64,000 bases of DNA from Corallococcus sp. (GTDB lineage Bacteria; Bacillota; Clostridia; Christensenellales; CAG-314), in NCBI GenBank assembly GCA_023665205.1, contig JAMPEJ010000001.1, positions 78,955 to 142,954 on the forward strand. Direction: 5' to 3'. Below, in pieces: positions 47,640 to 56,064 of the stretch (position 1 is the first letter of the stretch; each line of letters opens with the position of its first letter). Both the position numbers and the translations under genes were made by a program. The notes beneath the pieces are model-generated. The model worked only from the letters and a program-made list of their open reading frames with translations, was not told the origin of the DNA and did no database searches.

Positions 47640-47673
47640 AAGCAAAATGCGCCTGTGCATATAAACAGGCGCA
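47640..47673 (-). terminator. Rho-independent terminator after ddl
   Basis: Perfect 9-bp stem TGCGCCTGT/ACAGGCGCA (47648..47673), followed on the minus strand by TTTTGCTTT. Confidence 0.7.
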
Positions 47674-47784
47674 CAAATATGACTATCGTTTTCCGTTCAC
47701 TTTATTTTACTAAAGCGACGCTTACGTACAAAAAATATATAACATCGTGCCGCACATCATTCCAAATAAGCAATTTTTACAAAT

Positions 47785-48867
47785 TTACTTTTTACATATC
47801 GAAACGCTTTCCAGCACATCAGAGACATACTTTCGGTTCAGTTTTTCCTGTTCTGCAAAATCCGATACGGCCTGATCAGTCAGAAGTCTTCCAAACTGCT
47901 TTGGCGTATATTTATTTTGCCACAAACCGTAAGATAGAGACCCCGGAATCGAATTTATTTCGTTTACGTATAATGCTCCTGAAACGTTATCAACCATATA
48001 ATCTATACGCACAACACCCTGCAATCCCAGTTTTTCGTATATTTCCGCAGTCAGTTTTTTAACGTCGATTGACAACTCAGAGTTTACCTCTCGGCTTCTT
48101 TCCCCGCATTTCTCACCGCGACGGTATTTATCTGCAAACGTCAATATGTCGTGCGTAGCAAACGGACGTTCCACAACGCTTATTTCCACGCCGTTTTTTG
48201 TGCGCATTGCTGCGCAATTTAGTTCATAGAAATCCGACAGACCTTTTTCACACAATACGCGCTTATCGTAACGAAGTGCCGCATTTAGTCCTTTTTCCAA
48301 TTCCAATCTGTCACGACAAAGCGCAACTCCTATGCTAGACCCCAAAGTCGACGGCTTAACGACAACAGGATAACCTAAATTTTCTATATTCTCAATATCC
48401 TTTTCGACAAATTCTCCAACGATTTCAACTCCGGGCAAAACACAAAAGTTTTCATATGTAAGAGCCTGTTTTGTAACTATTTTGTCCATTGTTACGGCCG
48501 AAGCAATAACGTCGCATCCAACGACAGGCAAATTAGACATTTTGCACAATGCGGCAACCGTACCGTCCTCGCCGCAATTACCGTGACAGCAGTTAACTAC
48601 AACGTCCACGTCAAATATTTTTTTGATTTTATTCTTTTGTATTACAGCTACTTGTTTACGGCCAAACAAAAAAGAAAGCTGTTGCTTACAAACTAAATCT
48701 TTGTGCCCTGTCGGCGTCAAATTATTCGGCACAAAGTAACACACGTTTTCTTTGGTAAAATACGCGCTGATAACGTTACCGTCAAAGTATCCTTTTGCCA
48801 AACACGCCGTTATAACAGAAATATCGTGTTCGCAGCTCTTTCCTCCGTAAGCAATCAATATGTTCAT
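47785..48867 (-). CDS. ddl: D-alanine--D-alanine ligase
   Basis: MNILIAYGGKSCEHDISVITA, ATP-grasp motifs (GYPVVVKPSTLGSSIG, VNEINSIPGS). ATG at 48867 after GGAGG. Confidence 0.92.
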   Translation of the reverse strand: MNILIAYGGKSCEHDISVITACLAKGYFDGNVISAYFTKENVCYFVPNNLTPTGHKDLVCKQQLSFLFGRKQVAVIQKNKIKKIFDVDVVVNCCHGNCGEDGTVAALCKMSNLPVVGCDVIASAVTMDKIVTKQALTYENFCVLPGVEIVGEFVEKDIENIENLGYPVVVKPSTLGSSIGVALCRDRLELEKGLNAALRYDKRVLCEKGLSDFYELNCAAMRTKNGVEISVVERPFATHDILTFADKYRRGEKCGERSREVNSELSIDVKKLTAEIYEKLGLQGVVRIDYMVDNVSGALYVNEINSIPGSLSYGLWQNKYTPKQFGRLLTDQAVSDFAEQEKLNRKYVSDVLESVSICKK

Positions 48868-48886
48868 TTCTATACCTCCATCGCCG

Positions 48887-50344
48887 TTAAACGTTAGCCA
48901 CGTCCGGCAAATCATTTTGAAAAAGCAAAAAACAATCCTTTACTATATACGGCTGCGCTAATTTTACAGCGGCATTCAAATTTTTGGCAATAATTACCGT
49001 TTCGCAATGTGCATTGCGCGCGCCCTCGCAAAGATACTTGGAATTTTTGCCAGTAAATATCAATACGTCGCAGACTTCCCCAAGCATTTGCCCGCACAAA
49101 ACGTTCATTTCTCGTCGTTTTTTGCCGCATTCTACAATTCCTTGTGAAACTGCTATTTTTTTACTACCGAATTGCACAAGCGTTTTACAACAACTTTCCA
49201 CACCTTTTATACTTCCGTTATAACTGTCATCCACAATATACGCAAAACCGTTATAGATAATCTGCATTCTATGGTCCGTTTGCTTTACAAATTGCGCGTT
49301 ATCAACAGTTTTTTCAAAACTCTGCCCCAACTTCAGACAGACAAATAAGCTCAAAGCAAAAGTATCCGTGCCGTACTGTGCTACCTGAGGAATACTCACT
49401 TCAGCACTTTTTCTTCCGTAGATTAACGTAAATTTAGTACCGCTCGGTTCTAGGCGCTTATCGCATATACGAACGCCGGTTTTCAAATATTTTTTGCAGT
49501 CGCCTACCGTCGCAAAATCGTGCACGCTTTTATCCGCCAATACGCAAAAACCGTCCGCAGGTAATCCAATGACTAATTCGCACTTCGTAGCAAGCAAATT
49601 TTCCCAAGTTTTGAACGTAGACATATGCTGTTCGCAAACGCCGGTCACTACCCCTACGCTAGGCGCATAAAGGTGCATCAGTTCTTCAATATCGCCTTTT
49701 TTTCGAGCGCCGAACTCTAAAATCAAATATTCGTATCCAGCCAAATCAGTATTATTTATAAATTTGGCAATACCCAACGGCGTGTTGCAACTACCCATAG
49801 GAGCAATACTTTTATCCAGTAAAGCGCACAACATATCTTTCGTGGACGTCTTACCGTAACTACCGGTAATCGCTATGACGGTCAAATCGCTTTGTCGCAA
49901 TTTTTCGCAGGCCAGGCGCAAAAACTTTTTACCGATTGCAATATCCGCAGGCAAACACAAAGCCCAAGACAGAAGCACCAACACCGGCAATATTAACACC
50001 CAAAAATGCAAAGCGTAGCAACAAACTGCGCACAAAATGACAAACTCCACACACATCATACGCAAAACGCGCGGAGTAAATTTCAAAGGGCTTTTTCTTT
50101 TAACAAATACGCAAGGCAAAGATAGAACTGTATAAATCCCGCACAAAACAGCTTCTATTGCAAAGAAATATCTCCACAAAACAGTCAATATTGCTGCCAG
50201 AAGCAAAACCGCAAAATACCAAGTAGCAAAAACTTTAATGTATCCGCGTTGCGGTCGGTATCCGGCGCTTTGCAACACGCGAAAACACTCCAAACTACAA
50301 CAAAACAATGCCGCCGCGCACCAAATTCCGTAAAAATACCTCAA
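48887..50344 (-). CDS. murF: Mur ligase family protein (MurF-like central and C-terminal domains) with an N-terminal polytopic membrane region
   Basis: P-loop AITGSYGKTSTKDM, EFGARKKGDI, VTGVCEQH and DDSYNGS. The first ~150 aa are 4-5 hydrophobic helices in place of the usual soluble N-domain. TTG start 6 nt after GGAGGA. Confidence 0.7.
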   Translation of the reverse strand: MRYFYGIWCAAALFCCSLECFRVLQSAGYRPQRGYIKVFATWYFAVLLLAAILTVLWRYFFAIEAVLCGIYTVLSLPCVFVKRKSPLKFTPRVLRMMCVEFVILCAVCCYALHFWVLILPVLVLLSWALCLPADIAIGKKFLRLACEKLRQSDLTVIAITGSYGKTSTKDMLCALLDKSIAPMGSCNTPLGIAKFINNTDLAGYEYLILEFGARKKGDIEELMHLYAPSVGVVTGVCEQHMSTFKTWENLLATKCELVIGLPADGFCVLADKSVHDFATVGDCKKYLKTGVRICDKRLEPSGTKFTLIYGRKSAEVSIPQVAQYGTDTFALSLFVCLKLGQSFEKTVDNAQFVKQTDHRMQIIYNGFAYIVDDSYNGSIKGVESCCKTLVQFGSKKIAVSQGIVECGKKRREMNVLCGQMLGEVCDVLIFTGKNSKYLCEGARNAHCETVIIAKNLNAAVKLAQPYIVKDCFLLFQNDLPDVANV

Positions 50345-50346
50345 AA

Positions 50347-51051
50347 TTAATCCTCCACAAAGTAACGGATAGTATTCGCAAAAGCAACTGGATTGTTAAA
50401 CATAGCAAAGTGTCCGCCTTCGATTTCCGACAAAGCAGAATTTTCAATAATCCGCTGCAGTTCACGCGCGTGCTTCAGCGGCGTTTCAAAATCGTCCTTT
50501 CCGTTTATAATCAATGTTTCAGCTTTAATAAGTTTTGCATAACGTGAAAGATCCTGATTGACAACTTTAACAAAGGTATTCTTCATAGCGTCCTCACACG
50601 CATTGTAATCGACACTGCCGGTTTTTTCCGATAGATTTTGACAAAATCCCATTCGACACAAAAATTTACGCAATTTATAACTACGCACCTTACACCAACG
50701 AGAAAAACTGAAATGTCTGATTCCCGCCGGCGCAACCAACAACATTTTTTCCACCGACGAAGGGTTTTTCGCAGCAAATGCCAGCGCTACTCTGCAGCCG
50801 AAACTGTGCCCGACGAGGGTCGCTTTTTCAATGTTATGCAACCTGAAAAAAATCTCCAAAGCGTGAGCATAGTCGTCTACGTTCCAACCGCTTACGCGAG
50901 GAACGGGACTTTTACCGAAGCCGTTAAAATCCGGCAAATAACATTTTCTGTCCGGCAATAGCTTGGCTACAGGCAGAAATATACTTCCGTCACAGCCCCA
51001 ACCGTGCAAAAAAACAATAGGCTTGCCGTTGCCGATTTTCACAAAATACAT
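50347..51051 (-). CDS. Alpha/beta hydrolase
   Basis: FLHGWG oxyanion motif, nucleophile elbow LVGHSFG, and C-terminal GGHFAM. Confidence 0.75.
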   Translation of the reverse strand: MYFVKIGNGKPIVFLHGWGCDGSIFLPVAKLLPDRKCYLPDFNGFGKSPVPRVSGWNVDDYAHALEIFFRLHNIEKATLVGHSFGCRVALAFAAKNPSSVEKMLLVAPAGIRHFSFSRWCKVRSYKLRKFLCRMGFCQNLSEKTGSVDYNACEDAMKNTFVKVVNQDLSRYAKLIKAETLIINGKDDFETPLKHARELQRIIENSALSEIEGGHFAMFNNPVAFANTIRYFVED

Positions 51052-51224
51052 TAAGCCGCCCCATTCTCTCTATTGTATGAAACTCAAACTCCTATTGTGA
51101 CGTTTTCAAACAAAACAATACCGACAAAAAAACAAGAAATAACTCTGCTTCATCAAAAATATGTTCAGTGCTTAGAAACAAAAATAGTTTTCCTGCAACT
51201 TAAAACACAAAACTCTATTGCATT

Positions 51225-51265
51225 TTCAAAAGAAAGAAACGTTCGGCAAACTACACCGAACGTTT
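51225..51265 (-). terminator. Rho-independent terminator after rimI
   Basis: Perfect 10-bp stem AAACGTTCGG/CCGAACGTTT (51237..51265), followed on the minus strand by TTCTTTCTTTTG. Confidence 0.7.
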
Positions 51266-51361
51266 TAGATCTACAAACAAAATTACTATCAAAATCACCC
51301 TACAAACGCTAATTTAGTATATACGGGCATATTATGTCAGAAATAGTATTGCAAAAATAAT

Positions 51362-51820
51362 TCATTTATTAAGTTCTAGCACCATTGTATAAGCATCTCG
51401 ACTAGCATATCTATTTCTTCGATAGAAATTTTTACGCAATCCAACCTCCTCAAACCCGCATTTTTTATAGACGCCTATAGCCGGTTCGTTTAGCGTATTT
51501 ACCTCCAACTCGCAACGCTGACACTCGTTTGCATATGCAAAATCTATCATTTTGTATATCAGTCTTGTAGCTATGCCTTTACGCCGATATTCAGGTAATA
51601 CCGCAATATTACATACCTGTGCTTCACCGCACAAAATGCGCACACAAATATATCCGACTATTTTACCGTCATCGCCGTACTCGGCGAAAAAATGAGAATA
51701 ATCGTTACAAAATTCTCCCCTCAATGCGGCTATATTCCAAGCGTCTCTTCCAAAACAAACTTTTTCCAATCCGCTCAAAGCAATTATGTTCTGCATTGTA
51801 AAATCCAACTTATCTATCAT
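51362..51820 (-). CDS. rimI: Ribosomal-protein-alanine N-acetyltransferase
   Basis: GNAT motif (VLPEYRRKGIATRLI). Its start overlaps tsaB by 4 nt, giving the conserved tsaE-tsaB-rimI order. Confidence 0.8.
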   Translation of the reverse strand: MIDKLDFTMQNIIALSGLEKVCFGRDAWNIAALRGEFCNDYSHFFAEYGDDGKIVGYICVRILCGEAQVCNIAVLPEYRRKGIATRLIYKMIDFAYANECQRCELEVNTLNEPAIGVYKKCGFEEVGLRKNFYRRNRYASRDAYTMVLELNK

Positions 51821-52383
51821 CTCTCCTCCGCTTGACTCCGCCTAATATAACAAGGTTCAAATTCGTCAACAAATACTCTCTCTGCAAATTTCCTACGCAC
51901 AACTTCAATCGCACCGTCAAAATACTCCGTTGCAGATTTCACGAGTGCGCACCCCTTGGATCTTTTGTCATCGTATTGCACTAAACAAGGTTCAATTCGT
52001 CGCGTAGACGAATAATCGGCAAAATAATATCCGTTTCCCGCATCCAATATCGCACGTCCCAAACATCCACACGCGGGAGAAACGGCAATAGCTTCCAAAC
52101 AGTTGACCGCAATAAGCGGCTTTTCTACAGCCATACAGTACCCTTTAAGAGTAGAGATACCTATCCGTATTCCTGTAAAACTACCGGGTCCGACGGCACA
52201 AGCGTATGCGTCCAAATCTGCGAAAGAGAGTCCGCACCCTTTCAAAGCCGTATCAATGCAACCGCATAAAGTTTCGCTGTGACGAGTACCCAAGTTTCTC
52301 TGTGAAAAATCCGATATTCTGTCTTCCTCTATCACCGCTACTACCAAATCGACGGTCGTGGTATCCACATATAAGACTTTCAT
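51817..52383 (-). CDS. tsaB: tRNA t6A37 biosynthesis protein TsaB
   Basis: MKVLYVDTTT...VGPGSFTGIRIGIST motif. It lies between tsaE and rimI. Confidence 0.85.
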   Translation of the reverse strand: MKVLYVDTTTVDLVVAVIEEDRISDFSQRNLGTRHSETLCGCIDTALKGCGLSFADLDAYACAVGPGSFTGIRIGISTLKGYCMAVEKPLIAVNCLEAIAVSPACGCLGRAILDAGNGYYFADYSSTRRIEPCLVQYDDKRSKGCALVKSATEYFDGAIEVVRRKFAERVFVDEFEPCYIRRSQAEER

Positions 52384-52392
52384 TTTAATACT

Positions 52393-52815
52393 TCACCCAA
52401 CCACTGTAATTTCACGTTCGCATTCGGACAACTTTTTCAATGTCACAACAATGCATTTTTTCGGGAGCAAATCCGACACGTTTTCGCTCCATTCGATAGC
52501 AGAGACGCCGTACTTTTCGCCGAAATACTCGTTCAAGCCCAACAGTTCGGCTTCCTCGCTGCTTTCCAAGCGATAAAAGTCAAAATGATTTAGCATCAAG
52601 TCCCGTCCGTGGTAAACGTTGTGCAATGAAAATGTAGGACTAGTTATTACGTCGTCAATTCCCAAAGCAAGCGCCAATCCCTTAACAAAATGCGTCTTGC
52701 CAGCGCCCAAATCTCCGCACAACAGAATCGTCTCGCCTCCCGACAGCATCTTGCCCAAATTTTCAGCAATCCGTTCGGTTTCTTCAACATTTTTAGATAC
52801 AAATTTTTGTAGCAT
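52393..52815 (-). CDS. tsaE: tRNA t6A37 biosynthesis ATPase TsaE
   Basis: P-loop GDLGAGKTHFVKG, SPTFSL and HFDFYRL motifs. I chose the ATG at 52815 (MLQKFVSKN) because a promoter lies inside the longer track ORF, which extends to 52854. Confidence 0.85.
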   Translation of the reverse strand: MLQKFVSKNVEETERIAENLGKMLSGGETILLCGDLGAGKTHFVKGLALALGIDDVITSPTFSLHNVYHGRDLMLNHFDFYRLESSEEAELLGLNEYFGEKYGVSAIEWSENVSDLLPKKCIVVTLKKLSECEREITVVG

Positions 52816-52821
52816 ATTCAT

Positions 52822-52850
52822 ATTATACAACAAACGATACTTATAAGCAA
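52822..52850 (-). promoter_or_regulatory. SigA-type promoter placed for a leaderless tsaE transcript
   Basis: Minus strand reads TTGCTT (52850..52845), 17 nt, TATAAT (52827..52822), then 6 nt before the ATG at 52815. No SD is present. Confidence 0.5.
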
Positions 52851-52852
52851 GC

Positions 52853-52884
52853 ATAAAAAGCGCCCGTCATATACCGACGGACGC
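52853..52884 (-). terminator. Rho-independent terminator after the ribU-like gene
   Basis: Minus RNA forms GCGTCCGTC-GGTATAT-GACGGGCGC (one mismatch), followed by TTTTTATGC. Confidence 0.6.
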
Positions 52885-52933
52885 TAGAAACAAACCTTTC
52901 AATTTATATACAAATCTACCCAGAATTTCAACT

Positions 52934-53755
52934 TTAAAAGCGGTTAAACAACCGATGCGTCCCCTTGTAAATAAAAACTGTAATTATACATGTCAAAACT
53001 GTCTTAATTACATTAAAGAGCAACGTCCACCAAAGCATAGGCATTTGCACTTCAACTTCCTTCATTCCGTACATCGGCAGCAAAAACCACTGATTACAAA
53101 ACCACATAGCAATGCAAAAAACAATGCTGCTAAATATCAAGGCCAAGACAGCACACAATTTGTTTTTCTTTATCAAATAAATAACTCCCGCGACCAAGGC
53201 GTACAACGAACCGCTAACCAAATTAGATAAGTCTCCGACAAATCCGGTGCTGGTACCTCTTATCAAAAGTCCCAACCCAACTTTAACACCGTTGACTATC
53301 ACGCCAGTAATAGGTCCGAACATAAAAGATGCTAGCAAACTCGGAACGTCGGAAAAATTCAATTTAAGGTGAGGCGTTGCCGGCAATATCGGGAATTCGA
53401 TCAAGAGCAAAACTACAGCCATGGCCGATAAAATACTGATTTTAGCCAAATAGGACACAGAAGTTTTTGCAATTTTTTTGGCCTTTTGCCTCTTAGTCGA
53501 TTTAGACGTCGGATCTTTTTCCCCACTAATACTGTCATCGTGATCCGAAACGTTTTCCATACTTACTACCTGCTCACCGTCAGTAAAGTTTTCTAAGTTC
53601 ACGTCTCTATCGCATTTGACAGATTTTTTCTTTTTAACGCTTGTCTCGCCAACTAATTCAATCGCAGCGACACGCTCCGACTCCGAGAAATTTTGTTTTC
53701 CCGACTCTGCCAAGCAGTTTTTGCTCTTTTGCCTTTTTGAAGTTACATCTTTCAT
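52934..53755 (-). CDS. ribU: ECF transporter S component, riboflavin-type (RibU/FmnP-like), with a ~95-aa hydrophilic N-terminal extension
   Basis: The C-terminal ~180 aa match an ECF S component (LNFSDVPSLLASFMFGPITG, SGSLYALVAG). It is controlled by an FMN riboswitch. ATG at 53755 has a strong AAGGAG RBS. Confidence 0.8.
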   Translation of the reverse strand: MKDVTSKRQKSKNCLAESGKQNFSESERVAAIELVGETSVKKKKSVKCDRDVNLENFTDGEQVVSMENVSDHDDSISGEKDPTSKSTKRQKAKKIAKTSVSYLAKISILSAMAVVLLLIEFPILPATPHLKLNFSDVPSLLASFMFGPITGVIVNGVKVGLGLLIRGTSTGFVGDLSNLVSGSLYALVAGVIYLIKKNKLCAVLALIFSSIVFCIAMWFCNQWFLLPMYGMKEVEVQMPMLWWTLLFNVIKTVLTCIITVFIYKGTHRLFNRF

Positions 53756-53815
53756 CTTTGCTCCTTCTCTTTGGAAAAGCTTCTCCCCGAACTTATTTCA
53801 AACAACAGATGTGCA

Positions 53816-54000
53816 ATAAAAAAGTACGTCCTAAAACAGTTCGGGGCGTACCACATCACGTAAAAAATGATAATGATAACAATTCTTTTCTCATCCGGAC
53901 TATACCGTCGGCTCGGGAATTTCACCCGATCGGCGCAAAATTATTTTGCGTTCATAGGCTTTACTATCGGTGTGGAGTTTCACCACGCCCCAAAGAATTT
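53816..54000 (-). promoter_or_regulatory. FMN riboswitch (RFN element) with terminator
   Basis: Minus RNA reads CTTTGGGGCGTGGTGAAACTCCACACCGATAGTAAAGCC...GCCGATCGGGTGAAATTCCCGAGCCGACGGTATAGTCCGGATGAGAAAAGAA (about 53997..53883). A GTACGCCC...GGACGTAC hairpin plus T6 follows (53851..53816). Confidence 0.9.
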
Positions 54001-54027
54001 ATTATATTTTCGTCTTTCGACGTTACA

Positions 54028-54056
54028 ATTATATTACCGCAATACGACCTTGTCAA
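54028..54056 (-). promoter_or_regulatory. Consensus SigA promoter of the FMN riboswitch transcript
   Basis: Minus strand reads TTGACA (54056..54051), 17 nt, TATAAT (54033..54028). Confidence 0.65.
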
Positions 54057-54272
54057 CAAAATACGCTACCCGCTGCGATAAAAGTTTGTTTCATACTTAT
54101 ATAAAAATTGCTTATAAGCAATAACTTTGTTAGAAGTATTCCTAATAGAATACTCCGAATATGCTATATTTTTTCCGCGCAATATTCATCTTGGCAATTT
54201 CTTTCGCTCAACAACCTTAGCACAATATTACTTAATAACACATACGCGGTGCTTTTTTACTAATACAACCGG

Positions 54273-54311
54273 CAAAAGCAAAAATGCGCCGATTTCCACA
54301 TCAAATCGGCG
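54273..54311 (-). terminator. Rho-independent terminator after deoC
   Basis: Perfect 9-bp stem CGCCGATTT/AAATCGGCG (54287..54311), followed on the minus strand by CATTTTTGCTTTTG. Confidence 0.7.
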
Positions 54312-54393
54312 ACATTTTATGTAATATAAGCGTCTTTATATAATTATGACAAACATAGTATTATACAAGATTAAGTTTTGTGATGCAACAAAG

Positions 54394-55044
54394 CTAATCT
54401 TTGCAAATCTCAACACCGCAACTGGCACCGATACGACTAGCACCGGCATTTATCATGGCCATTGCCTCATCGTAATTGTGCACGCCGCCGCTTGCCTTTA
54501 CCTTGACGCCGGCAGTGGCAACTGTATCGTGCATCAGAGCAACCGCTTCAACAGTAGCCCCGCCTTTGCCAAAACCGGTACTTGTTTTTACGTAATCCGC
54601 GCCTGCCGCTACAGATGCTTTGCAAGCCGCTACAATTTGTTTATCACTTAAATTACACGTTTCCAAAATTACTTTCAAAGTCAACTCGCCGCACGCTTTT
54701 TTTATAGCGGCAATTTCTTTTTGAACCTTGCCCCAAGCATTACTCTTAGCCCAAGATTGATTCATAACCATATCAATTTCCGTCGCGCCTTGTTTTACGG
54801 CAATTTTGGTTTCGTCTACTTTAGCTTTAGTTGCGTTTTCTCCCAAAGGAAACCCTATTACCGTACAAACTTTGACGTCCGTTCCGTCTAACAATGCAGC
54901 CGCATCCTTAACGTGGCACGGGTTCACGCACACCGAAGCAAAATGATACGCTTTCGCTTCTTCACACAACGTTTCGATTTGCTTTTTCGTTGCAGGTTTC
55001 AACAGCGTGTGATCTATCATTTTTGCAATCTGTTTCTTATCCAT
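54394..55044 (-). CDS. deoC: Deoxyribose-phosphate aldolase
   Basis: IDHTLLKP, ASVCVNP, and KVILE...DYVKTSTGF (Schiff-base lysine context). 216 aa. Confidence 0.92.
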   Translation of the reverse strand: MDKKQIAKMIDHTLLKPATKKQIETLCEEAKAYHFASVCVNPCHVKDAAALLDGTDVKVCTVIGFPLGENATKAKVDETKIAVKQGATEIDMVMNQSWAKSNAWGKVQKEIAAIKKACGELTLKVILETCNLSDKQIVAACKASVAAGADYVKTSTGFGKGGATVEAVALMHDTVATAGVKVKASGGVHNYDEAMAMINAGASRIGASCGVEICKD

Positions 55045-55166
55045 ATTTCCTCCGCTAGCACTCCGCGCATTGCTTTACGTAAGTTAAAAGCACTGCACGT
55101 TTTGCAAAATTAGTGATATTAATATTTTATCACATAAGCGCCAAACTTTCAACCATCAAGCCACAT

Positions 55167-55349
55167 TTACTTCCTAAAATCTTTCTTATCCAATTTGATA
55201 GTCAACGTTTTGTCGTCCAAGTCGTACTCGATTCGCTTTTTGCATGAATATTTTTTGCGCAAGTACTGCACTAATACGTATCCCAAAAATCCGAAGCAAG
55301 CGGCAATTCCAATCGAACACACAATAATAACCGGTAACACTCCGCCCAT
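55167..55349 (-). CDS. Small single-pass membrane protein (60 aa), function unknown
   Basis: ATG at 55349 after GGAGGTAAAT. One TM segment (GGVLPVIIVCSIGIAACFGFLGYVLV), then a basic tail. Confidence 0.45.
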   Translation of the reverse strand: MGGVLPVIIVCSIGIAACFGFLGYVLVQYLRKKYSCKKRIEYDLDDKTLTIKLDKKDFRK

Positions 55350-55543
55350 ATTTACCTCCGATGACATTTTAATGCATTGTCGCTTGCAAAATATTCAACA
55401 AAACCGATTATTTTCACTGTTTTTGCATATTACTACATACGTTTTGCCGCACGTTCAATTTTTGCAGGGTAACGATTTTCTATATTAGTACGCATATTTT
55501 AGCAAAATATCCTCACACTAACTGCACAAAGGAGCAGAAATCT

Positions 55544-55966
55544 ATGCAACAAACAAAAAAAATATATCTAATTTTATTACCGATAATAGCGCTTGTGCTA
55601 CTGCTTTTGCCCTGTACTGCTTTTGCCGACGTATCCAAACAAGAAACGGAAATTGCCGAACTTGCACAAACGCGCGATCAGGTCAAATCCGCAAAATGCA
55701 TTGTATACCAACGTGCCTGTATAATTGCAATTCAAACTGAAAAATTTACAAACAAAACAGAGTACGATCAATTTCGTCAAGAATTGGAAAACGAAATCTT
55801 AGAAAAATACAATTTAGATAAAGTTGTAATTAGTCGTAGTCCGAAAGTAATGCACGCTATTTGCCAATTGGAAAAAATGAGCGAAAGCGAGCGTCAACAG
55901 GCTATCGAAAAATTCTTACAGCAACACGGCGATACGGAACGTCCTCCTATGATCCAACCAAGATAA
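55544..55966 (+). CDS. YhcN/YlaJ-like sporulation lipoprotein (tentative)
   Basis: Signal peptide with LLPC. The later pattern V.SAKCIVYQRACIIAIQTEK...VVISRSPKVMHAI resembles the Spore_YhcN_YlaJ family. RBS AAAGGAG. Confidence 0.5.
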   Translation: MQQTKKIYLILLPIIALVLLLLPCTAFADVSKQETEIAELAQTRDQVKSAKCIVYQRACIIAIQTEKFTNKTEYDQFRQELENEILEKYNLDKVVISRSPKVMHAICQLEKMSESERQQAIEKFLQQHGDTERPPMIQPR

Positions 55967-56021
55967 CATTGCACCACTTTATAAATTAAAGGCATTTTCC
56001 AAATATTTATATTCCGCAAAT

Positions 56022-56055
56022 TTAACTTGCCGTCTGATATCAGACGGCAAGTTAA
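56022..56055. repeat. Perfect 34-bp palindrome
   Basis: TTAACTTGCCGTCTGAT|ATCAGACGGCAAGTTAA. It would fold into a ~15-bp stem. No clear U-tract follows on either strand. Confidence 0.85.
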
Positions 56056-56064
56056 AAATAATAA

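Noticed and set aside
54100-54160. Small palindromes TTGCTTATAAGCAA (about 54105..54120) and GAGTATTC...GAATACTTC between the deoC terminator and the ribU promoter.
   Set aside because: They are short, AT-rich and single-copy, without a consistent U-tract or promoter association, so they cannot be told apart from chance in AT-rich spacer DNA.
56027-56050. The palindrome core GCCGTCTGA/TCAGACGGC matches 9 of 10 nt of the Neisseria DNA uptake sequence (GCCGTCTGAA), arranged as an inverted pair as in Neisseria terminators.
   Set aside because: Everything else in the window is Firmicute-like, including the sporulation genes, SD usage and tRNA bodies. I saw only this one copy, so it is most likely coincidence.
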